From: an uncultured Gemmataceae bacterium
GTDB taxonomy: Bacteria; Planctomycetota; Planctomycetia; Gemmatales; Gemmataceae
Length of the DNA: 64,000 bases
Direction of reading: 5' to 3'
Assembly (NCBI GenBank): GCA_963701675.1
Contig: OY969623.1
Coordinates: forward strand, 6,450,599 to 6,514,598
Shown here: in pieces, positions 8,944 to 18,510 of the stretch
How the letters are laid out: each line of letters opens with the position of its first letter
Numbering within the stretch: the stretch's first letter is position 1
Notes under the pieces: generated by a model
Told to the model about the DNA's origin: nothing
The model's input: only the letters and a program-made list of their open reading frames with translations
Databases searched by the model: none
Program-made: the position numbers and the translations under genes

Positions 8944-10362
8944 GTGTTGCGGTGCTGGGAAGCCGTCCGTACGGTGGGGTACGAAAGTATGATGGGCCGG
9001 GTCTTTCTCGGGCGATATCAAACCGTCCGCCTGTTGGGCGAAGGCGGAATGGGGCGAGTGTACTTGGCACGGCAACTCGACCTGGGTCGGCAGGTCGTCG
9101 TCAAGGTCATGCACGAGCACATTGCCTCCGAGCCGAAGTTTCAGGAGCGTTTTCAACGCGAGACGCTCCTGATGGCCCGTTTTCAACATCCGTATGTCGT
9201 CACGCTGTTCGACGCGTCGCTCAACGATCCGCAAGGACCGTGCATCATCATGGAGTATATCCGCGGCGTCACGCTTGATGCACTCCGCAAAAGCAATCGT
9301 GAAAAGCTGGGCCCCGGTCGCGTCGCACGGCTGCTCGGACAACTGTGCGAAGCCTTGCAAGCCGCCCATGGGCAGGGCATTATCCATCGCGATCTGAAGC
9401 CGTCGAACCTGATGGTGGTCGATTCGGACTCGCCGTACGAAAAGATTAAAATCATGGACTTCGGCCTTGCCCGGCTGATTGGGGAGTCTGCGGTTCGACA
9501 CGGATCATCCACTTGCGGCGATTTCGCCGTAGGCACACCGGCGTACATTTGCCCGGAACAGGTGCGTGGCGAAGCGGTCGATCATCGATCCGATCTCTAC
9601 AGCGTCGGCGTGATCTTGTACGAGCTTCTGACCGGGCGCAAGCCGTTCGTCGGTGAATCGGCGATGGACATTTTGTTGGCGCATGCAACGGAAGAGCCGC
9701 CGCCTCTTACTGAGGTCGACGAGGATTTGGACCTGCCGCCAGGAGTTGAGAAACTCGTACTTGATTGTCTTGCCAAAGACCCGGCACACCGTCCGTCTAG
9801 TGCTCGTGAATTGGCGGAACGATTCGAGACGGCGTTGGCGCGAGAAGACTTGGATTCGGATGCCGTGATTCCCGAAGCTCTGCCGGTCGTGGAGCAGCCG
9901 GAAATCGATAACCCCTCGACGACCGACTCCGACGTATTGGTGTATCGCCTCGAAGCATGGATGCCGGAGTCCATCGCCCTCTACAAGCTCCGCGGCTACA
10001 TGAACGACGTAGGCGGGGACGTGGTCCAATCCGATCCGGGACGTGTGCGCGTATGCATCGGCGGGCCGGGCAGCGCTTATCAACTGCGTGGGCGTGGCTT
10101 ATCGTGGTTGGGATTGAGCCGAAACGCCGGCCGAATCGAAATGGACCTTCGCATGCAACACACCGATCTGGCACGCAGTAATCATCTGCTGATTACGGTG
10201 GTCATGCGCTCTCTCAACGGCAATTCCGCCTTCGACCCGCACTGGCGCACCGTGGCAACTCAAATCTACTGCGACCTGCGGGCGTATTTGATGGGAAAGT
10301 CGGGAGGGGGAGCGGGAGAAGAATTCAGAATTCAGAATTCAGAATTCAGAATCAAAAAATGA
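8944..10362 (+). CDS. Ser/Thr protein kinase with an uncharacterised C-terminal domain (start probably at the MMGRV Met near 8989)
   Basis: LGEGGMGRVYLA…VVVKVM, HRDLKPSNLMV, DFGLARL, GTPAYICPE, DLYSVG. Confidence 0.8.
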   Translation: MLRCWEAVRTVGYESMMGRVFLGRYQTVRLLGEGGMGRVYLARQLDLGRQVVVKVMHEHIASEPKFQERFQRETLLMARFQHPYVVTLFDASLNDPQGPCIIMEYIRGVTLDALRKSNREKLGPGRVARLLGQLCEALQAAHGQGIIHRDLKPSNLMVVDSDSPYEKIKIMDFGLARLIGESAVRHGSSTCGDFAVGTPAYICPEQVRGEAVDHRSDLYSVGVILYELLTGRKPFVGESAMDILLAHATEEPPPLTEVDEDLDLPPGVEKLVLDCLAKDPAHRPSSARELAERFETALAREDLDSDAVIPEALPVVEQPEIDNPSTTDSDVLVYRLEAWMPESIALYKLRGYMNDVGGDVVQSDPGRVRVCIGGPGSAYQLRGRGLSWLGLSRNAGRIEMDLRMQHTDLARSNHLLITVVMRSLNGNSAFDPHWRTVATQIYCDLRAYLMGKSGGGAGEEFRIQNSEFRIKK

Positions 10363-10437
10363 GCAGACTTGTTTCCGATAATGCTTAGGGCAGCCGCACG
10401 ATAGCATTACTCTGAATTCTGAATTCTGAATTCTCAC
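10320..10437. repeat. heptamer-repeat palindrome (GAATTCA)4…(CTGAATT)3 with a nested inner inverted repeat; a candidate bidirectional terminator between convergent genes
   Basis: gaattcagaattcagaattcagaattcagaat…ataatgct…agcattactctgaattctgaattctgaattct; the left arm encodes the C-terminal EEFRIQNSEFRIKK of the kinase. Confidence 0.8.
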
Positions 10438-11870
10438 TAACGAACTTTTGCCTGGAATCTGACCATTCCGCTTTTGCCGGGGGGGAGGTCGCCGCCGATT
10501 TGCCAGCGGAGGGCGAGGGAGCCGCCGTCGTTTTCCTGCGTTGTGAAAACGTTGTCGCGGTCGGAGAGGGCGGTCCCGGGGATGTACTCTAACCGCGGCG
10601 TCAAGCTGTCAGAGACGACGACATTGTTCATGGGCTGGCCGCCGGTGTTCGTGTACTTCAGATAGAACGTGGCGATGTCGCCGACGCGGGCTGCCTTCGG
10701 TTCGCACCACTTGCACAGAAGCAATGGGCCACATGGCGGTTCCTTGATACACACGCCTACGACTTCAACACCCTTCACGACACCGCGTGCCTCGGCCGTT
10801 TCAAGCATCTGTTCGACGCGAAGGAGTCCGGTCAAAGAGTCGATTTCGCTGGGCCGAATTCGCCCGACGGCGGACTCGGGTGCATAGATCTGGAGATTGA
10901 TCTTCGGATTGCGCAGTTCTTCTATTATCACTTGAGCATGCGTCGAGACGGTCGCCTCGGGGTTGACGACGATGCTGTACCCGGCCGGCGTTACTTCGGT
11001 TCGTAGCGCGATAAACCGTGGTGCGAAAATGCAGCAACGGTTTGACACGACAATCCGGCGGCAGCCTTTGCATTCGTACTCGGCGGCGGCGTCGCTAGGA
11101 TCCAGTCCGCGAAGATGTCCGAAATCGCCGAGGCCGACCGGAAGCTTGGTGTCGCCGCCGTCGCAGATGCACTCCTCGAATGCGCCACGTGGGCCGGCAC
11201 TTGGATCATAAATCTGGTGACAGGCCCAGGGCAGCGTAGGAGGTACGAGCGGCTGTGGAATCGCGGCATCTCCCGGGAATTGGATAGTTCCGGGAATTGC
11301 ACTGCGAGCCAATTCGTCGGCATCCGGCAACCGTTCACCAAAACGGAGAATAACCATCGTTCGGCCACAACGACGTGCTTCGTCAAAGATGCAGCGCGTC
11401 GGCAAGACGTCGAGTTCAATGGGTTGGTCACGCTGGGTCGCCACCGGGAAAGCCGTGCACGGGTCTTCCAGGTAGTACACCTTGGTAATGAACGCGCCGG
11501 AAAGGACGCGTTCAATGTCTTCTTTCGAGAATGCGATGGGGACGGGAAATTCCGCCGCATTGACGTACGCTGGATACGCCACGACGCCGCGGACTTCGAC
11601 CGTGGGAAACAACGACAAGCCAGGGCGTCCGGCTATGTCCGTCAGTTGTACGCGATAGATGTATCCTGGGCGCAAGCCGACGGTGACCGGCATGTCAAAC
11701 GCTTGGGCAACCGGATCGCCGTGGTAGAAGAGTGCTCTGGCCTGCGCGGGGCCGGTGAATTTGACATAGAGCAATTGAGTGCCTACACCGGTCCGCACGG
11801 GCCCGGTGGCAATCGTCGCCGCCACGGGGACCGAGAGCACGAACGCAATGGCTAGTAGGGTTTTCTTCAT
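10437..11870 (-). CDS. secreted protein with an N-terminal beta-rich domain shared with the downstream paralogue and a C-terminal DUF11/'conserved repeat domain'-like segment
   Basis: Signal peptide MKKTLLAIAFVLSVPVAAT; C-terminal 'VGDIATFYLKYTNTGGQPMNNVVVSDSLTPRLEYIPGT' is typical of DUF11/CARDB repeats. Confidence 0.55.
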   Translation of the reverse strand: MKKTLLAIAFVLSVPVAATIATGPVRTGVGTQLLYVKFTGPAQARALFYHGDPVAQAFDMPVTVGLRPGYIYRVQLTDIAGRPGLSLFPTVEVRGVVAYPAYVNAAEFPVPIAFSKEDIERVLSGAFITKVYYLEDPCTAFPVATQRDQPIELDVLPTRCIFDEARRCGRTMVILRFGERLPDADELARSAIPGTIQFPGDAAIPQPLVPPTLPWACHQIYDPSAGPRGAFEECICDGGDTKLPVGLGDFGHLRGLDPSDAAAEYECKGCRRIVVSNRCCIFAPRFIALRTEVTPAGYSIVVNPEATVSTHAQVIIEELRNPKINLQIYAPESAVGRIRPSEIDSLTGLLRVEQMLETAEARGVVKGVEVVGVCIKEPPCGPLLLCKWCEPKAARVGDIATFYLKYTNTGGQPMNNVVVSDSLTPRLEYIPGTALSDRDNVFTTQENDGGSLALRWQIGGDLPPGKSGMVRFQAKVR

Positions 11871-11891
11871 GGTTGCGGCAGAACAGGCGAC

Positions 11892-12956
11892 CTACTTTTT
11901 CATGTAAGTGACTGGCTTGATCGCGCCCGACTCCATCATCATTCGGGCCGGCGCCGGCGTTGAACCGGCCGGCAGTCCGCCGTCCATCATCGGGTTGGAG
12001 CCGTCCATCGCCGGTGTGTTCGGTGCTTCGAGGTCGATGTTGCCTACGCGCACGACGGCCAGAATACTGCCGCGACGGCACGCTTCGGCGATCGGGTCAG
12101 CCCCAGGTTCGAGCCGCGTCGAAATGATCTCGCTCGGTCCAGCCGTCGCCAGGTCCTGGAATTGCGGATCGGGCAGATAGATCACCTTCACCAGGTAGTT
12201 TCCGGCTTTGATTTGTGCGAAATCCTCGTCTGTGAACGCGATCGGCACGGCACTGTGAGCGAGGAACACGGCCGTCTTCGCGTTGGCGGGCACCACTTCG
12301 AGTGTCGGATAAACGACCAGGTCGCCCTGGTTCGGAATGTTGCTCAGGCGAAGCCGATATATCGCGCCTTGCAGGAAGTTGTATCGTGCCGGCACTTTGA
12401 GCTGGTTGGCGTCATAGCCCGGTTGCCCGGCCATGCTGGACCCGAACCAGGCGATACGCATGTCGTTCGGGGCCGCGAATCGTATCGAGGTGCGTTGCGA
12501 GGAAACGCCGCCTGGCATACCGTCTGCCATTCCGCCGGTGAGGGCGCCCACAGCGGCCACCGCTCCTGGAGGCGCTCCGGCGCCAACGCCGGACGGGCCC
12601 ATCGGGGAACCCGGCGCCAAGGTCATCATGTTGCCGTAAGCATTGACGGCGGCGCCGCCCGGCGGGCAATTTCCAGCCGAGCACGACCCGCCCCAATGGG
12701 CAGCTTGCATGATCTCCGGCGGCATATGGGAGGCAGTCTTCGCTTTACCCTTGCTCGGCTTCATCGGCGGACCAGAGTTGGCGTAGCACGCCCCGTCTTC
12801 GCACATGTAGCCAGGTTCGGCAAATGGGCCGTACTTGGCCGGTCCGTGTTTAGCGCTGGCGTGGCCGCCGCCGCAACTTGTGCATCCGTGTTTGCTCGCC
12901 GATCGACAACCGCCGAGCATCGCCGCCACCATACAAACCACTGCCAGACGTTTCAT
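11892..12956 (-). CDS. lipoprotein, paralogue of the N-terminal domain of the 10437-11870 gene, with a Gly/Ala/Pro/Met-rich low-complexity region
   Basis: MKRLAVVCMVAAMLGGC lipobox; blocks shared with its neighbour (LYPTVEV / VPIAF..ED / KVIYL.DP). Confidence 0.5.
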   Translation of the reverse strand: MKRLAVVCMVAAMLGGCRSASKHGCTSCGGGHASAKHGPAKYGPFAEPGYMCEDGACYANSGPPMKPSKGKAKTASHMPPEIMQAAHWGGSCSAGNCPPGGAAVNAYGNMMTLAPGSPMGPSGVGAGAPPGAVAAVGALTGGMADGMPGGVSSQRTSIRFAAPNDMRIAWFGSSMAGQPGYDANQLKVPARYNFLQGAIYRLRLSNIPNQGDLVVYPTLEVVPANAKTAVFLAHSAVPIAFTDEDFAQIKAGNYLVKVIYLPDPQFQDLATAGPSEIISTRLEPGADPIAEACRRGSILAVVRVGNIDLEAPNTPAMDGSNPMMDGGLPAGSTPAPARMMMESGAIKPVTYMKK

Positions 12957-13086
12957 GGATTGTCCTCCAGCCGACGCACAAGCGCGTGGACTGCACTGTC
13001 GTCCGTCCATTCTTTTCGTGGTCGTCCGTGGATATACTCGACAGGAGACAAAGCTGAACTTTCGTTAAAAAGCGAAGAACTCCCCC

Positions 13087-14010
13087 ATGTGTACGATCCG
13101 CTCCGTTTGGATTCTTTTCCCAGTCAGCGTTGGCGTCCTAATTTCCCAAGTCGCGGCGCAGCAACCTTCGGCGCCGGGGCCAGGAATCGTGGCGGAGAAG
13201 AAAGACACTCCGTCCGCACCGCGACTGGACGAAAAAGGAGCGGCGTGGCTACGAGACGCAATTAATGCCCTGGACCCGAAGAGCCATCCTTGGATCGAAG
13301 CAAACTTGTGGCAACAGGTCGATGTTCACGGCCTGTACTTTCAGGCGGATGGCCTTTACCTGTCGGGTCCCGATCATCGCCTCCGTGTGGAGCTAAATTT
13401 GAAATGGGGAGACGCAACCGGCAGTTTGTTGTCGGTGTGCGACGGCGCAACCATTTGGGAACGATTGCAACTCGGCTCGAAGGGTGTGCCCCGGATCAAC
13501 AAGACCGACCTCAAGAAGCTCAAGGAAGCCCTCGGCGCCCCTGGTGTTGCGGAGGCGATTCGCAAGGATTTCTGGAATGCGACAGGTTTCATGGGCGTGG
13601 CCCCGCTGCTCCAGCAGATTCAACAGCAAATGACCGTCACCAACCACCAGCGAACAACGTGGCACGGACATGACGTGGTGAAACTGACCGCGTTCTGGTC
13701 GGAAAATACCGCGAAGACGCTGGTTCAGCCAAATCGTCCGTGGCCGGCGTTCTTGCCCAGGAAGTGTTACCTCTACTTAGGCGCCGCCGACGGCCCTGCG
13801 AAGTACTGGCCTTACCGTTTGGAATGGTGGGGACCGACGCCGACGAGGACCGAGGACACCTTGTTGATTCAAATGGAGCTTCGTGCTCCCAAACTCGACC
13901 AACCGCTTCCTGCCGACCGGGTGGCGAAGGAATTCCGTTTTGACCCCGGCGATGCCAAGGTCGACGATCTGACGGATCTGCATCTCCGAGCGATCAAGGC
14001 TCAGAAATAA
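13087..14010 (+). CDS. secreted hypothetical protein, possibly LolA-like / DUF4367 fold
   Basis: Signal peptide; a beta-rich sequence with weak LolA-like character; the assignment is low-certainty. Confidence 0.4.
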   Translation: MCTIRSVWILFPVSVGVLISQVAAQQPSAPGPGIVAEKKDTPSAPRLDEKGAAWLRDAINALDPKSHPWIEANLWQQVDVHGLYFQADGLYLSGPDHRLRVELNLKWGDATGSLLSVCDGATIWERLQLGSKGVPRINKTDLKKLKEALGAPGVAEAIRKDFWNATGFMGVAPLLQQIQQQMTVTNHQRTTWHGHDVVKLTAFWSENTAKTLVQPNRPWPAFLPRKCYLYLGAADGPAKYWPYRLEWWGPTPTRTEDTLLIQMELRAPKLDQPLPADRVAKEFRFDPGDAKVDDLTDLHLRAIKAQK

Positions 14011-14114
14011 CCCATCCACGCGGTCCGCTTGACTCCGCATGCAGCCCTTGGTATAAGCCCACGCCGAGCGGACTACGTATCCGCGCTGCGCCTCCGATTG
14101 GAACAGAGGCCACG

Positions 14115-14495
14115 ATGGGCGAATTCGATCACGCCGATGCCGATGAGGTTGTGCCGCCCTTGCTATTAACGCTCGTTCCGGGCGGTTCATCCATTTCATT
14201 GACCTTGGCCGACATACTGGTGGGCCGGCATTCGGAAGCGGATGTTCGCTTGCTGCTACCGGACGTGAGTCGGCGACATTGCCGTTTTCGTTTCCACGCT
14301 GGCCATTGGTACGTGCATGACCTCCAAAGCATGAACGGCGTCTTTGTCAACGATGAACGAGTAGGCCAGGCGGAGATTCACGAGGCCGACATTGTCCGTA
14401 TCGGCGGCTACACGTTTGAGGTCCACATCGGCCCACCGAACGCTGCCTTACCGGCTGTTGCGAACACGCAGTATGCCGAACGAAAAGCATCCTAG
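14115..14495 (+). CDS. FHA domain-containing protein
   Basis: LVGRHSEADVRLLLPDVSRRHCRF…HDLQSMNGVFVNDERV…DIVRIGGYTFEV matches the FHA signature. Confidence 0.7.
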   Translation: MGEFDHADADEVVPPLLLTLVPGGSSISLTLADILVGRHSEADVRLLLPDVSRRHCRFRFHAGHWYVHDLQSMNGVFVNDERVGQAEIHEADIVRIGGYTFEVHIGPPNAALPAVANTQYAERKAS

Positions 14496-14584
14496 ATGGT
14501 GTGCGAAATTCCCACCCTGTCGGCGGCCATTTCACGGTAGAATAACGTCCGAATCGTAACATCGCGACGAGGAGAAATAACACC

Positions 14585-14935
14585 GTGAGCGCCATTGACG
14601 TGCCCGATGTCATCGTATCGACCCGAACAAAGCCAAAAGCCGACCCGCGAACGCGCAGAGTTCCGCCGTCCAACGTCATTCTCGAAAATGACGAATATCA
14701 TTCCTTTGAATTCGTCGTCGACGTTCTTCGCAAGGCGCTCGGCATCACGGCGGAGCGTTCTTATCAGTTGACTCTGGAAGCCCATCACGGCGGGCGGGCC
14801 ATCGTTTGGACCGGCCCGAAGGAAGTTGCGGAGTTGAAAGTAGACCAGATTCGGACGTTTCACGAGATCCGTGGGGTTACCGGCGGTTCACTGGGTCCAC
14901 TGAGTTGCCATATTGAACCGGCGCCGGGAGGGTGA
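14585..14935 (+). CDS. clpS: ATP-dependent Clp protease adaptor ClpS (GTG start)
   Basis: PPSNVILENDEYHSFEFVVDVLRKALGITAERSYQLTLEAHHGGRAIVWTGPKEVAELKVDQI is the ClpS core. Confidence 0.75.
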   Translation: MSAIDVPDVIVSTRTKPKADPRTRRVPPSNVILENDEYHSFEFVVDVLRKALGITAERSYQLTLEAHHGGRAIVWTGPKEVAELKVDQIRTFHEIRGVTGGSLGPLSCHIEPAPGG

Positions 14936-14956
14936 CTCGCGTCATCCGCCACCCAA

Positions 14957-15626
14957 TCACTTCGCTCCGTCCAGCGGCTTGATCCAAATGTTCCGGTAAC
15001 GAACGCGGTCGCCGTGGTCCTGAAGGCGAATCGGTCCGGCCTCGGCCAACTTATCGTCTGTAAAACCCGCCGTGGGTTTTGCGAAGCGGCCCTTGTCGAT
15101 CACCGTGATGCCGTTGTGGACGACGGTGATCTCCCCATTCTCGACGACTTTGCCGCCGTCGACTTTCGGCGCACGGAACGTGATGTCGTAAGTCTGCCAT
15201 TGTTCGGGGGGTTTGCTCGCCTTCTTGGAAGGTGCGATGATTCCATACAGAGCCCCGCATTCCCCCTTCGAATAGGTTTCGTTTTCAAACGAATCGAGCA
15301 CCTGGATTTCGTAACGTCCTTGGACGTACACGCCGCTATTCCCACGGTCCTGGCCCTTCTTGGCCGGCAGGCTGGGGATCCAGAACTCGACGTGAACCTG
15401 GAAGTGGGGGCCAAACTTTTCCTTCGTGAGGATGTCTCCCGCCCCTGCAATCACCTCGGCGTATCCGTTCTCGACTTTCCAGCCGGCCGTTTGCTTCCGT
15501 TCGTTGGTCCAGCCGTCCAGGGATTTTCCGTCGAAGAGCACAACGGCGCCCGGCGGTGCTTTTCCTGAAACATCGTCGCCTGCCATCGCCGCAAGAAACA
15601 AAACTATAAATGCTTGTGCTGACACG
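14957..15626 (-). CDS. DUF1080 (3-keto-disaccharide hydrolase-like, LamG-fold) secreted protein; GTG start at 15626 with a GAGGG RBS
   Basis: Signal peptide VSAQAFIVLFLAAMA; 'GNSGVYVQGRYEIQVLDSF…PIRLQDHGDRVRYRNIW' matches the DUF1080 C-terminus. Confidence 0.7.
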
Positions 15627-15872
15627 ATTAAGACCCTCGGGTGGTGTGATGGACCTTGCCGAATCGAATCGAAAAAGGTACCGTTTGCGTCTAAGATGAC
15701 GACCGCTTTGCGCCGATCAATTTTATAAGCCTGGCGCCAACGATCGCAAAGACCTCTCAGAGGGGAAGGATAGAATAGAGATGGAAGCCGGCGTCGGAAC
15801 CGCCGTCGGACGCATCGCCCATAAACGAAAGATAGAATAGAAGAGTGGCCCGAATAACCGTTGGGCGTTGAA

Positions 15873-16607
15873 ATGAACCAAGATATTGATGCCGCCTTGA
15901 ACGGCTGGGAATACAAGCCGGGTGTCGTGCAAGCCAGGCTCGTCGAAACGAGCGACGGCCGACAGGTCATTCAGTTGCGCGTCGACCTGGGCCTGCTGCA
16001 AATGGAGATAGCTCATCGTCCGGACGGGACCCGACCGCACGGTCATCCCACGTATCACCAATACCTGGTCAAGCAGGCACAGTTAAGCAATCGTTCCGGG
16101 CGCACCTTCATTCTGAACGAAGAGCAGTGTCAGGAAGCAGACCGCGAGTTTGTGCAGTACTACCACCGACGGCTGTGCTGGCTTGCTCTGCACCAGTACG
16201 CCCAGGCCGTGGCGGACGCCGACCATACGTTGGCGTTCATGGATTTCGTCCGCGAACATTCGCCGAACGATGAGTTTACGCAGGCCCACGAGCAGTATCG
16301 CGGCTTCGTGATTTTCCAGCGAACGCAGGCGGCGGGCGCCCTCTCCGTTGAAAAGGAGGAACCCGAGGCGGCCATCGACGCTATCAACGCCGGCCTGGAA
16401 AAGCTGCGCACCTTTTTTGCAACCTATGACCTGGAAGACCAGTTCGAAGAGAACGGCATGGTCCAGCAGTTGCGAAAAATGGCGAACTCGCTTCGGAAGA
16501 CACACAACATCGAAGCGACCAAGCTCGAACAACTCAACGACGCCGTAGCCAATGAAGAATATGAGACGGCTGCCCGGCTGCGTGACGAATTGAAACGCAA
16601 GAAGTAA
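15873..16607 (+). CDS. hypothetical protein with a C-terminal UVR-like motif
   Basis: C-terminal 'ANEEYETAARLRDELKRKK' resembles the UvrB/UvrC UVR helix. Confidence 0.45.
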   Translation: MNQDIDAALNGWEYKPGVVQARLVETSDGRQVIQLRVDLGLLQMEIAHRPDGTRPHGHPTYHQYLVKQAQLSNRSGRTFILNEEQCQEADREFVQYYHRRLCWLALHQYAQAVADADHTLAFMDFVREHSPNDEFTQAHEQYRGFVIFQRTQAAGALSVEKEEPEAAIDAINAGLEKLRTFFATYDLEDQFEENGMVQQLRKMANSLRKTHNIEATKLEQLNDAVANEEYETAARLRDELKRKK

Positions 16608-17085
16608 CCCACTTGAGCTTAAGCCGCGCGGTTCTGCGAACCGTGGCTAAACGGTGTTTGCTACTCTCCACATCCAGACCTAGACTTGTACAGCAAACGG
16701 GGCTGCCAGTTTTGGTGGCAGCATCCGGGGGCAAGCCTTGGGATCGCGCCTGGACCAACAACGCCTTTTCATCCTCGAAAAGGGCAAACCCGCCGAAAGG
16801 CGGGGGCGCAAAGCCATGGGCCTTCTGTGGAAACGGATGGTCGCCAGGCTGCCGAAGGGCTGGACTGAGGCGAAGAGCCCGTCCGTCCCCGAGCGTTCCT
16901 CCGCACTGCCGAGGCGCTTGCTGCTGGTCTGGGGACCGGCGCGAACCGGTTATCCAAAGGCTTGCCCCGCTGATTTTCTCGCACCACTTCCTTCGTTCCG
17001 CTGATCACCGCCGCTGAATGTGCTTGGGCCATCTCCCGTCTATACAACGTCCTGAGAGAAGGCGTTGTGCGGAGATGACCTAACA

Positions 17086-18396
17086 ATGAAGACTCTAGCT
17101 ATCACCGCCCTAATGGTCGGCACGGTTTTCCCTGCCATTCCGGATGAGAACGCGTCAAACTGGCCGCACTGGCGCGGGCCGCTTGTCAATGGCGTCGCCC
17201 CGAACGGCGATCCGCCAGTGAAGTGGGATGAGAAAACCAACGTGAAGTGGAAGGTCGCCATTCCGGGACAGGGCCATGCGACGCCGATTATTTGGGACGA
17301 CCGCATCTTTGTGCTGACGGCGATCAACACCGGCCGAGAGGCGAAAGCCGGGGATGTGCCCAAGCCCAATCCGCAGTTTCAAACCCGCACCAAAGTGCCG
17401 ACCACCTACTATCAATTTGTCGTCATGTGCCTTGATCGAAATACGGGAAAACCTTTGTGGCAACAGATCACTGCCGAGCGTGTGCCACACGAAGGGCGCC
17501 ACGACACCAATACATACGCATCGGGCTCACCTACAACCGACGGTAAGTATTTGTACGCTTCGTTTGGAACGTATGGCGTCTATTGCTACGATTTCGACGG
17601 CAAGCTTCAGTGGCAACGCGACTTTGGCCCGATGCACACGCGCCTCGGTTGGGGAGAAGCGAATACGCCGGTCGTTCACGATGGCACCGTTGTCGTCAAT
17701 TGGGACACGGAAGGCGAATCGTTCATTGTCGCCCTCGATGCACGATCCGGAGCGACCAAATGGAAGAAGTCCCGTGACGAAAAATCGTCTTGGGCCACGC
17801 CGTTAATAGTTGAACATAAAGGTAGAGTGCAAGTCATCGTCAATGCGACTAACCGTGTGCGAAGCTACGACCTCGCCACCGGGGACGTTATTTGGGAATG
17901 CGGCGGTCAGACCGTGAATGCGATCCCTTCGCCTGTCCTGCACAATGGTGTTGTAGTGTGCATGAGCGGCTACAAAGGGTCCTATGCGTGTGCCGTGCCG
18001 CTCGACTCGACCGGCGATGTCACAGACTCGGTCGTGTGGAAGGTAAGTCAGGGAACGCCCTATGTGCCGTCGCCCCTACTTTACGATGGCCGCCTCTATT
18101 TCACGCAACTGAACACGGCAACGCTCACGTCGTTGAACGCCGGCACCGGTGAAGCCATTATCAATCGCGAACGGCTTCCCGGCCTGAATAGTATTTATGC
18201 GTCACCCGTGGCCGCCGACGGCCGGATCTACATCGTGGGCCGCGATGGGACGACGCTCGTGCTCAAACACGCCGATAAGTTGGAAGTGCTGGCGACCAAC
18301 CGGCTGGATGACGCCATCGACGCCTCGCCAGCCATCGTCGACAAGCAGCTTTTTCTTCGCGGCAAGGAGTTCTTGTATTGTCTGGAAGAAAACTGA
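17086..18396 (+). CDS. PQQ-like beta-propeller repeat protein (BamB/YVTN-like), secreted
   Basis: Signal peptide MKTLAITALMVGTVFPA; repeated 'DG.LY… G.LY..D..TG. .W' PQQ-type blades. Confidence 0.75.
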   Translation: MKTLAITALMVGTVFPAIPDENASNWPHWRGPLVNGVAPNGDPPVKWDEKTNVKWKVAIPGQGHATPIIWDDRIFVLTAINTGREAKAGDVPKPNPQFQTRTKVPTTYYQFVVMCLDRNTGKPLWQQITAERVPHEGRHDTNTYASGSPTTDGKYLYASFGTYGVYCYDFDGKLQWQRDFGPMHTRLGWGEANTPVVHDGTVVVNWDTEGESFIVALDARSGATKWKKSRDEKSSWATPLIVEHKGRVQVIVNATNRVRSYDLATGDVIWECGGQTVNAIPSPVLHNGVVVCMSGYKGSYACAVPLDSTGDVTDSVVWKVSQGTPYVPSPLLYDGRLYFTQLNTATLTSLNAGTGEAIINRERLPGLNSIYASPVAADGRIYIVGRDGTTLVLKHADKLEVLATNRLDDAIDASPAIVDKQLFLRGKEFLYCLEEN

Positions 18397-18510
18397 GCGA
18401 TTGACGGAAGTTCGGAAGTCTCACGACCCGTTTCCTTCTTTACGATAAGATAGAGATGCCCGCTTCGATTCGCCGAAGGGTCGTCTCTTTCATCCAGGAG
18501 TTCGCAACCA

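Noticed and set aside
9505-10083. Several 100-190-aa ORFs antisense to, or out of frame with, the second Ser/Thr kinase
   Set aside because: They overlap a gene with clear kinase motifs and have no features of their own.
12162-13265. 367-aa ORF on the plus strand
   Set aside because: Antisense shadow of the 11892-12956 lipoprotein gene in high-GC DNA. It is Arg/Ala/Gly-rich nonsense with no motifs.
15014-15568. 184-aa plus-strand ORF inside the DUF1080 gene
   Set aside because: Antisense shadow.
16613-17065. Attempted to assign the structured intergenic region to tmRNA, RNase P or SRP RNA
   Set aside because: The diagnostic conserved strings (RNase P 'AAAGUCCGG', the tmRNA 5' GGGG…/3' tRNA-like end, the SRP 'GGAAGCAGCCA' motif) are not present. 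It is left as an unassigned candidate.
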